43,645 nt of DNA from a virus. Taxonomy: Duplodnaviria; Caudoviricetes. Below the pieces are notes generated by a model. That model ran no database searches. It was given only the letters and a program-made list of their open reading frames with translations, and was not told where the DNA came from. Positions 37,208 through 43,645 of the stretch are shown piece after piece. The stretch spans positions 1-43,645 of IMG/VR virus record IMGVR_UViG_3300029822_000593. The stretch is one strand, 5' to 3'. Each line of letters begins with the position of its first letter. The stretch's first letter is position 1. Both the position numbers and the translations under genes were made by a program.

Positions 37208-37233
37208 ATATCCAAAAATAGAAGGCGATTAAT

Positions 37234-38298
37234 ATGCTAGATGCTGAAACATTTTATAAAATAACAAACACTACACAACATTCGGAGTTTGAGGCTTATT
37301 TAAAAAATATATTATTCAAGCCCGAAGAACGAAAGGAATTTTATAATGCACTTTTAAAAGTAGATTGTAATGTATATAAAGACACATTTAAGGATTATTT
37401 TGAGGAGTACAATGCAGAGAGGAAAACCCACAAACAGGACTATACGCCCGATTCGGTCTCTAAAATACTGGCAATGCTGACACGGAGCGACGCCGAAACA
37501 TTCCAAAAGGCGGGGTATTCTGCGTATGATCCAACGGCAGGAACGGGTTCATTGCTGATTCAAAAATGGAGGGATGACCAGCTTGCAGAAACCTTATGGA
37601 GTTATGCACCGCATAGGTATTTATATCGGGCGGATGAGCTGGCGGACAATGTCATCCCGTATCTTATCCACAACCTGGCTATCAGGGGTATGAACGCAAT
37701 AGTAGTGCATGGTGATTGCCTTGAAGGCAAGGTTAAACAGGTCTACTTCATACAAAATAGCAAAGACGATTTTCTAAGATATAGTGACATAAATGTGATG
37801 CCACACTCCAAAATGGTAGCAAAAGAATTCGGAGTAAAAGAATGGACACAAAACGAAATAAAACATATCGAAAGTGGGCAAGTAATATGGCATAGAGCGT
37901 TACCAATGCAGAGAAAAGCCTTAGAAGTTAATCCGAATCCGGTGCTGGGAGAATATTCAAGCCCGGATGGCCACCTGCAACTAAAAGATGTGGCAAGTGT
38001 AGAACGCTCTAAAAAAAACAAGATTTATCCAAAAGGCGCAATAGTAATCCAGATAAGCGCGACGAGGGGAGAAGTGGGCTTGCTGACATCCAGTGGTAAG
38101 GTCGGGAGCCAGTACGCAGTTGCAGAACCTACGCCGTGGGTAGACTCTGAGTTTCTTTTCTACTGCGTAAAGAGGAACATTAAAAAGCATTTCCATAAGT
38201 ATCAAACAGGACTGAATGCAACATTAGATACAGTGGAGAATATACCGATAGCCATGCCTATATGCAGCTCTTTTATTTTATGTGGAGGAAGTGAGTGA
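37234..38298 (+). CDS. N6-adenine methyltransferase-like SAM-binding protein fused to a TRD-like domain; catalytic motif IV not found
   Basis: QDYTP (motif X), YDPTAGTGSLL (motif I), HGDCL; C-terminal LKDVASVERS...IQISATRG...QTGLN; no NPPY/F/DPPY. Confidence 0.75.
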   Translation: MLDAETFYKITNTTQHSEFEAYLKNILFKPEERKEFYNALLKVDCNVYKDTFKDYFEEYNAERKTHKQDYTPDSVSKILAMLTRSDAETFQKAGYSAYDPTAGTGSLLIQKWRDDQLAETLWSYAPHRYLYRADELADNVIPYLIHNLAIRGMNAIVVHGDCLEGKVKQVYFIQNSKDDFLRYSDINVMPHSKMVAKEFGVKEWTQNEIKHIESGQVIWHRALPMQRKALEVNPNPVLGEYSSPDGHLQLKDVASVERSKKNKIYPKGAIVIQISATRGEVGLLTSSGKVGSQYAVAEPTPWVDSEFLFYCVKRNIKKHFHKYQTGLNATLDTVENIPIAMPICSSFILCGGSE

Positions 38299-38299
38299 C

Positions 38300-38431
38300 A
38301 TGAATAAAAAGAAACAACCAAATAAAGACAAACCCAAAGGAGGTGAACACCTCTCTTTTATAGATATAAAAAAATTAATGCACCATGATAGCTACAGACG
38401 AATCAATGGCGCGATAAGGAGGATTAGATAA
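38300..38431 (+). CDS. Small basic protein (43 aa), absent from the ORF track
   Basis: GGAGG RBS; MNKKKQPNKDKPKGGEHLSFIDIKKLMHHDSYRRINGAIRRIR. Confidence 0.6.
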   Translation: MNKKKQPNKDKPKGGEHLSFIDIKKLMHHDSYRRINGAIRRIR

Positions 38432-38453
38432 AATTAAAGGAGGAGTAATTATT

Positions 38454-38558
38454 ATGAAATACAAGGATAAGTTCAATGGCGAAGTTGTGAAGGAGATTAA
38501 ATTCTACCGGGTTGTAAAGCTATCATGTAAGGGTGAGAGGCCTTTACCTACTCTATAA
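38454..38558 (+). CDS. Small protein (34 aa), absent from the ORF track
   Basis: AAAGGAGGAG RBS; MKYKDKFNGEVVKEIKFYRVVKLSCKGERPLPTL. Confidence 0.45.
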   Translation: MKYKDKFNGEVVKEIKFYRVVKLSCKGERPLPTL

Positions 38559-38571
38559 TACATATCCCCTA

Positions 38572-38607
38572 AAGACACTTAGATTAAATTCTAGGTGTCT
38601 TATTTTT
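38572..38607 (+). terminator. Hairpin/terminator immediately upstream of csf1
   Basis: aagacacttaga / tctaggtgtctt 12-bp stem (one G-U) followed by attttt. Confidence 0.65.
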
Positions 38608-38621
38608 ATGCTTGAAAAGAG

Positions 38622-39389
38622 GTGAGAGCAATTACAAATACAGAGATATTATATTCAGCATTAGGGAACCCAAAAGTTGAAAACTTGGAAAGTATAGACA
38701 CTAATTGCCTAATATGCGGCAAGCATATAGCAGAAGGTGCAAAAGCCAAAAAAGTATTATCTTCAAACTTTACAAATTGGGGAGATTGCAAGAATAGAAT
38801 AAGCCAATATATTTGTAAAGAATGTGCAGGGGTAATAAAAGCTAGGGAAGTAAGGGTTAATTCGTTTGTAGCAGATGCAAATAACTTATATCTATTAAAG
38901 AAAAATGATATAGAAGATTATTTGTTTAACCTTGGAAAGTATGTAACTGGTGAATTCGTAGTGGGTATAACCCAAAGTTTTAAAAAGCATAATTCATTCA
39001 GATGTAAGGTAAATTCAGACCCGAAGAGATATTTTATTAGAGAAGAAGACAGAGAATATGTTTTTGATGTAAATAAGCTGAAAAGAGTGTATGAATACTT
39101 AAATGATGCTTATCTACAGTTTAGCAAAGATGAGCTACAAACGGGCAATTATAAGATGATTTCAATTGAACAATTCGGACTTGAAAAGTTTGCAACATAT
39201 GAGGATTTATTTAGCCAATACAGGGGTTCAGCACAATTTGACTTACTAATTTACATGATGAACTCTGAAAAAAGAAACGAATATGTAAAAGCTAAGCAGA
39301 AGGCACAGAAAGAAGAAAAAGCAAGGTTGAAAGCCCTTGAGAAAGAAAAGAAAAAAGCTGCTAAAACCAAACAAATAAGTTTATTCTAG
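38622..39389 (+). CDS. csf1: Type IV CRISPR-associated large subunit Csf1 (Cas8-like)
   Basis: CLICG...SSNFTNW...ICKEC zinc finger; FVVGITQSFKKH..FRCKVN motif; first gene of the csf operon; start codon uncertain. Confidence 0.8.
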   Translation: MRAITNTEILYSALGNPKVENLESIDTNCLICGKHIAEGAKAKKVLSSNFTNWGDCKNRISQYICKECAGVIKAREVRVNSFVADANNLYLLKKNDIEDYLFNLGKYVTGEFVVGITQSFKKHNSFRCKVNSDPKRYFIREEDREYVFDVNKLKRVYEYLNDAYLQFSKDELQTGNYKMISIEQFGLEKFATYEDLFSQYRGSAQFDLLIYMMNSEKRNEYVKAKQKAQKEEKARLKALEKEKKKAAKTKQISLF

Positions 39390-39401
39390 GAGGTATTAAA
39401 A

Positions 39402-39854
39402 TTGTACGAATTGAATAAAGAGAATATTCAAGATGCGGCAGTAGCTACATTGGCAGATATATGGTCTCAAATAGATTGGGACAAGGTAACTGGTACCAGG
39501 GCAATGGGAATATGGGATGAATTCACTTCAAAGGTGAAAGCTTCGGCTACTACAACAAATCAATATGATAAGTTTGTGGAAAAGCTATGCAGGAAGATGG
39601 ATGTTAGATCACTCAGGCATAAAAATGTATCAGAGATTTCAGAACAAACAGATGAATTTAAAAATGCAGTTCTCAAGGCTTTTAGAGAGAAAACCCAAGT
39701 GATTATTTTAAAACTTAGATTAAATAATCAAGTACGTAAAGAACAAATGCAGGCAGAAAAAGCCAGAAAAGAAAGAGAAGAAGCTTTGAATAAAAAGCTT
39801 GAAAATGCTCAAGTAAGTTTTACAGAGAAGGGGGTAAAAGTACATGAGAACTAG
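39402..39854 (+). CDS. cas11: Putative small subunit Cas11 (type IV-B-like)
   Basis: Small helical protein between csf1 and csf2; IWDEFTSKVKASA...FVEKLCRKM; AGGAGG RBS, TTG start; call rests mainly on position. Confidence 0.65.
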   Translation: MYELNKENIQDAAVATLADIWSQIDWDKVTGTRAMGIWDEFTSKVKASATTTNQYDKFVEKLCRKMDVRSLRHKNVSEISEQTDEFKNAVLKAFREKTQVIILKLRLNNQVRKEQMQAEKARKEREEALNKKLENAQVSFTEKGVKVHEN

Positions 39855-40674
39855 TATAAAATTAACACTTTTAAGTCCACTTAGCCATTTCGGGGACCAG
39901 AGAATGGGCACCATGCAAGCGGCAAGGACACAAAAATATGAATATGAAGGTGAGTACATAGATATTCCTGTATATTCTGGAAACGCCTTTAGGGGTGAAT
40001 TGAGAAGACTTATTATGCAGGATTATTTAGACCATATAGATATTACAGATGAGGGAGTATCAGCCAATCTTTATTATTTGTTGTTTACCGGTGGAGCTTT
40101 GACGAGTGGAAGCCGATATAATGAAATAGGCAAGAAAAGAGAAATGCGTAAGATGTGCCCACCTTTAAGCCTATTTGGTTCAGCTATAGGAGACCAGATA
40201 CCAGAAGGCAAATTGAAGGTGGCTATTTTTGTGCCTGTATGCAAGGAAACGGCAAAGTATACCGGAGCAGAGAATGATACAAGTTTCTATGATATGTTGC
40301 AGGACACCTTTTATACTAGAAGAGATGATTTAAAATCCAAAGATTTCAACATCAATGAAATTGAAGATGAAAAGGGCAAGAAAAAAGAAAACCCAACACA
40401 GATGAAATATGAGATGCAGTGTTTGAGCGCCGGTACTGAATTAGCCGGAGATATAGTTATAGAAAATGATAATGAAGTTGAAAAAGCTTGTTTGAAAGCA
40501 GGGCTTGAGAAGCTGAAAGAATATGGCTATATAGGCGGTAAAAGCTCAATAGGGCATGGGAAAATTAATCTTGATTATGATATAGACGTTGATATAAAAG
40601 TATATTACGACTATCTGGAGGAAAATAAAGACGCCATAAGAGAATGGATTAGAAATATGGAGAAGATTTTATAA
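39844..40674 (+). CDS. csf2: Type IV Cas7-family backbone protein Csf2
   Basis: RAMP motifs LLSPLSH, IPVYSGNAFRGELRR, LFTGGAL, PPLSLFG, TRRDD, QMKYE; G-rich loop IGGKSSIGHG. Confidence 0.9.
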   Translation: MRTSIKLTLLSPLSHFGDQRMGTMQAARTQKYEYEGEYIDIPVYSGNAFRGELRRLIMQDYLDHIDITDEGVSANLYYLLFTGGALTSGSRYNEIGKKREMRKMCPPLSLFGSAIGDQIPEGKLKVAIFVPVCKETAKYTGAENDTSFYDMLQDTFYTRRDDLKSKDFNINEIEDEKGKKKENPTQMKYEMQCLSAGTELAGDIVIENDNEVEKACLKAGLEKLKEYGYIGGKSSIGHGKINLDYDIDVDIKVYYDYLEENKDAIREWIRNMEKIL

Positions 40675-41465
40675 TGACATTGGAAGAGTTTATGGAGGTC
40701 GGTTATATAAGGGCTAATTCAAACCAATTCTTTAAAAAATGGGAAAAATCCAAAGAGGTAATAAAAGAACAATTGAAGAAATTTGATAAGCCTTATATAT
40801 GTCTTAGCGCCGGCAAGGATAGTGTAGCTATGGCGTTTATAATTGCAGAGGTAGCGGATGAATTAAATTATAAAAATAATATGTTTCTGTGGGCGCATGT
40901 AAGTGATGCGTCTTTCCCGGGGACAATTAAAACCTTGAATAAAGTATCTGAGAAAACAGGGATAAATCTTATCATAAATGAAAGCCCTGTATCTGCTTTT
41001 TCTACTGTATCTAAAAAAACAGCAAATGATGTTAAAAAATTTGGTAAGCAAGGATATTTCTTTGACGCTATAGATAATTGTATAGAAAAATATAATAGAA
41101 ACTTGGCTTTTATAGGTGTACGAGCATATGAAAGCAGAAGACGTATGAGAGCGGTGAAAGCACATGGAATGGCATTTACATCTCACGTGCCAACATTCTG
41201 TAACATATGTTACCCTATGGCGTGGTATAAGCTTGAAGATGTAGCGGCTACGATAACATTGTATAATGCACCTATGCACCCTATATATTCTAAGATGGAT
41301 ACGAGCATTGGATATACTACAAAAGATGAACATTGGATTAGGCTGGGATATATAACAGCAAGAGATTTAATGGAGAAGGGAACTATTGTGTTTTTAAAGA
41401 GAAACTATCCAGAGCAATATAATAAATTAACCGAAGCTTTCCCGGAGGTGAAAGGGTATGTATAA
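40674..41465 (+). CDS. CysH/PAPS-reductase-like PP-loop protein
   Basis: PP-loop SAGKDS, GVRAYESRRR, YPMAWY..EDV and MHPIY motifs; no C-terminal ECGLH; TAATG-coupled to csf2. Confidence 0.88.
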   Translation: MTLEEFMEVGYIRANSNQFFKKWEKSKEVIKEQLKKFDKPYICLSAGKDSVAMAFIIAEVADELNYKNNMFLWAHVSDASFPGTIKTLNKVSEKTGINLIINESPVSAFSTVSKKTANDVKKFGKQGYFFDAIDNCIEKYNRNLAFIGVRAYESRRRMRAVKAHGMAFTSHVPTFCNICYPMAWYKLEDVAATITLYNAPMHPIYSKMDTSIGYTTKDEHWIRLGYITARDLMEKGTIVFLKRNYPEQYNKLTEAFPEVKGYV

Positions 41466-41868
41466 AAACCATAAAATAGATCATCTAGTAAGGACAACTG
41501 TTCTGACGTATAAAATATGCCAATCTTTAAATGTAAATGAATATGATACTATGATTCTCCTTATTTCTGCACTATTACATGATATAGGCAGAAGAAACAA
41601 TTCAAACGATATAAAGCATGGAGAGATAAGTGCATGCAAAGCAAAGGGACTATTAAAAGACAAAAAAATATTTGACATAATAAAAAATCATTCTATCGGG
41701 GACAGAAATATAAAATCCGAATATAAAGGAATGATTTTAATATTAAAAGATGCGGATGCACTTGAACGTATTAGAAATAATGATTTAAATGTCAAATATA
41801 TAAGAAATAAAGAAAGCTTATGTTTGATTGATTTTGCAAAAAGCTTATTTTCAGAGTTAAGAGGGTGA
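41458..41868 (+). CDS. Stand-alone HD-domain metal-dependent phosphohydrolase
   Basis: H(LVRT)...ALLHDIGR...HGEISA...NHS...KDADALER, a complete HD metal-ligand set. Confidence 0.88.
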   Translation: MYKNHKIDHLVRTTVLTYKICQSLNVNEYDTMILLISALLHDIGRRNNSNDIKHGEISACKAKGLLKDKKIFDIIKNHSIGDRNIKSEYKGMILILKDADALERIRNNDLNVKYIRNKESLCLIDFAKSLFSELRG

Positions 41869-41872
41869 TACA

Positions 41873-42550
41873 ATGTTTAATAATTTTAAAGTAACAGCTA
41901 ATATGTCAAGCCCTATAGCAGTTACAGATTTTATTATATTGGATAGTGTTATATCTGCGGCAATAGCAAAGAAAATAAATGGAGACGAATATTACTCTGG
42001 AGAAAATATTTATGGAACGAAAGAATGGGTTGATAAATATTTAGGACAAGTGCTGGATAGAAAATACGGGGTATATTGTACTTCTATAGGGATAGGAGAT
42101 AATAAAGAATATGTATCATCGTGGTGTAAGAGATGGGACGATTGGCATGATGATATAGTTAGATTTAAAGGCAAAGGCAGGCACAGAGTAGATATAGGTT
42201 CTGGCTTTTTTAAATCTTATCATATGCCGCTGGTTTTGAAAGCATATCCCGAAATTATATTTTATGTTCGGGGTGATTTAAACAAAATAAAAAGCCTACT
42301 TGAAAATTATATATTTTATCTAGGCAAGAAAAGTTCACAGGGATATGGGCAGGTTAGAAAGTGGGAATTTGAGATTATAGAAGAAGATTGGAGCATATGG
42401 AAAGACGGCAAGCCAATGCGACCAATACCTGGTTTGCAATGCCAAGAATATATAAAAAAGAGCAAAAATATAAACCTGCAAGAACATGCTATAATCCCAC
42501 CGTATTGGAGACGAGATAATCGAGAATTATGCGTGATGCCAGATGTTTGA
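41873..42550 (+). CDS. csf3: Type IV Cas5-family protein Csf3
   Basis: FKVTANMSSPI..LDSVI, SGFFKSYHMPL, FYVRGD, G-loop LGKKSSQGYGQV, RPIP and PPYW motifs. Confidence 0.87.
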   Translation: MFNNFKVTANMSSPIAVTDFIILDSVISAAIAKKINGDEYYSGENIYGTKEWVDKYLGQVLDRKYGVYCTSIGIGDNKEYVSSWCKRWDDWHDDIVRFKGKGRHRVDIGSGFFKSYHMPLVLKAYPEIIFYVRGDLNKIKSLLENYIFYLGKKSSQGYGQVRKWEFEIIEEDWSIWKDGKPMRPIPGLQCQEYIKKSKNINLQEHAIIPPYWRRDNRELCVMPDV

Positions 42551-42863
42551 TAGCGCTTCAGAATTTGCAAGGGAACTTGGAGCAGATAGAAAAACTGTTA
42601 TTAATTATATCAAACAAGGTAAAATACAAGCCCATAGATACAAAAACAAGAAATTATATAAGATACCCGAAAATGAAAAAAATAAAATAAAGTATCTTAA
42701 AAAACCATATCCCAAATGGCAAAAGTCATGGAGTGAAGCAGAAGAAAATATGATTAGATATTCTCCTTATCTTAATTCTAAAGAGCTTTCAGGTGTTATA
42801 AAAAGAACGGAAAGCAGTATAAGAGTGCATAAATGTATAATGCGGAAACGAGGTACGCTATGA
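42543..42863 (+). CDS. DNA-binding protein: HTH_17-like N-terminus plus a Myb-like repeat
   Basis: SASEFARELGADRKTVINYIKQGKI...YKIP; WSEAEENMI...SKELS..IKRTESSIR. Confidence 0.7.
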   Translation: MFDSASEFARELGADRKTVINYIKQGKIQAHRYKNKKLYKIPENEKNKIKYLKKPYPKWQKSWSEAEENMIRYSPYLNSKELSGVIKRTESSIRVHKCIMRKRGTL

Positions 42864-43066
42864 GGATAAGAGTAGACTTTTATATAAATGAAGATTTTAA
42901 ATTTAATAAAAACCTTAATGAGGCTATGACAGCATTGTTAGAAGAGGCCAAGCAGACAGCGGACAAACTGAATGGTATGCTTAGGAAATTGAAGAACTAT
43001 AAGGTCGAATCTATACAGAACAATGATAGGCTACATTGCACCTGCGTGCTCAAGCCGGGTGAGTAG
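42860..43066 (+). CDS. Hypothetical protein
   Basis: ATGA-coupled to the HTH gene; GAGG RBS. Confidence 0.55.
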   Translation: MRIRVDFYINEDFKFNKNLNEAMTALLEEAKQTADKLNGMLRKLKNYKVESIQNNDRLHCTCVLKPGE

Positions 43067-43460
43067 GTGCATGAGCATGGGCAACAGTACAGCATACACA
43101 GGAGGACAGCCAAGAGGTAACAATACCATTGTGAGTAATAGTATGGAGTTAAGCCCGAGGCAGGTAACACAATGGGTTAGAGAGTTGGTAAAGCAGGGCA
43201 ACATGAAACCTTTCTATAACTCTGCTATATGGGAACATACCAAGCGTGAAGTACTAGAGGCACAGCACCATGAGTGCCAGGCGTGTAAGAGGAAAGGTAT
43301 GTATGCACCAGCCGAGGCAGTACACCATATCAAATTCCTAAAACAACACCCGGAGTTGGCACTCACTAAAAGCAATTTGGTTTGCCTATGCAAGGAGTGC
43401 CACTATGCTATCCACCACCGGGCGGAATGCAAACCACAGCTGAACAAAGAGAGATGGTAG
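43023..43460 (+). CDS. Packaging-associated HNH endonuclease (HK97 gp74-like)
   Basis: FYNS..W, CQAC, VHHIK and NLVCLCKECH..IH motifs; precedes terS on the circular map; true start probably downstream of 43023. Confidence 0.88.
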   Translation: MIGYIAPACSSRVSRCMSMGNSTAYTGGQPRGNNTIVSNSMELSPRQVTQWVRELVKQGNMKPFYNSAIWEHTKREVLEAQHHECQACKRKGMYAPAEAVHHIKFLKQHPELALTKSNLVCLCKECHYAIHHRAECKPQLNKERW

Positions 43461-43499
43461 AAGGCATAGGGAAGGTACCAAGGGGCGCAGAATATAGGG

Positions 43500-43645
43500 C
43501 ACTCCTTAGGTTCTATGCGGAGATTCCTTAAAATGAAAATTATTTTTCTAAAATTTTTAATTCAATTTAAAATAAAAAATAAAAATATTTTTTTTGGAAC
43601 TCCCCCCGGGTAAATAAAACGGGAAACTCTTCGGCTGTGGGAGAC
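43500..43645. other. Candidate cos/packaging region
   Basis: Non-coding HNH-terS interval with A/T tracts followed by ctccccccggg close to the window end. Confidence 0.5.

Larger units (their letters stand above)
1..43645. mobile_element. Temperate siphovirus genome (phage/prophage), probably Clostridium host
   Basis: Ordered packaging, head, tail, lysis, integration, immunity and replication modules; no host housekeeping genes; HNH at the right end would adjoin terS at the left end on circularisation. Confidence 0.95.

Noticed and set aside
40674-41465. cysH as a sulfur-assimilation auxiliary metabolic gene
   Set aside because: It lacks the ECGLH tail, has no other cys genes nearby and is translationally coupled to csf2
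38622-42550. Classifying the locus as type I, type III or type IV-A/IV-C
   Set aside because: No Cas3 helicase, Cas10 palm domain, Cas6 or DinG; the HD is stand-alone rather than fused to the large subunit; Csf2/Csf3 motifs plus a CysH-like gene fit IV-B best
43023-43460. HNH as the nuclease effector of the csf system
   Set aside because: Sequence and position before terS match the ordinary packaging-associated gp74-like HNH of cos phages
38300-43645. A canonical CRISPR array near the csf operon
   Set aside because: No run of three or more near-identical 25-40 nt repeats with unique spacers was visible here or elsewhere; only short degenerate repeats, reported as a weak finding
1-43645. tRNA or rRNA genes
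   Set aside because: No cloverleaf with a T-arm GTTCGA motif or rRNA-like stretch was noticed in the intergenic regions by eye; tRNAscan-SE would settle it

Overview
The window looks like a complete or nearly complete ~43.6 kb temperate siphovirus genome of a Firmicutes host, probably Clostridium (inferred from protein families and AGGAGG RBS usage). It appears linearised in the HNH-terS interval, where cos sites usually lie. Gene order: terminase, HK97-type portal/ClpP protease/capsid, head-tail joining genes, tail module with a DUF4352-like moron, lysis cassette (holin, GH25 endolysin, second holin), a leftward accessory operon with a palindromic operator and terminal HTH gene, candidate attP and tyrosine integrase, ImmA/ImmR-type switch, early/replication genes (sigma factor, Gp157, initiator, DnaB), ArpU/RinA-like late activator, a late accessory block, and a packaging HNH. 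The main result is in the late accessory block: a translationally coupled, array-less type IV-B-like CRISPR effector operon (csf1, cas11, csf2, cysH-like PP-loop enzyme, HD hydrolase, csf3, HTH). The enzyme genes sit inside the effector operon, and I see no cas1/cas2/cas6/dinG and no CRISPR array. Upstream are a methyltransferase-TRD fusion lacking the catalytic NPPY/F motif, a structured leader RNA candidate and degenerate repeats. Also notable are an Acr/Aca-like operon with repeated hairpin-RBS units and an 18-codon mini-ORF resembling the C-terminus of one of its proteins. All family calls come from motif recognition by eye; no database searches were run.
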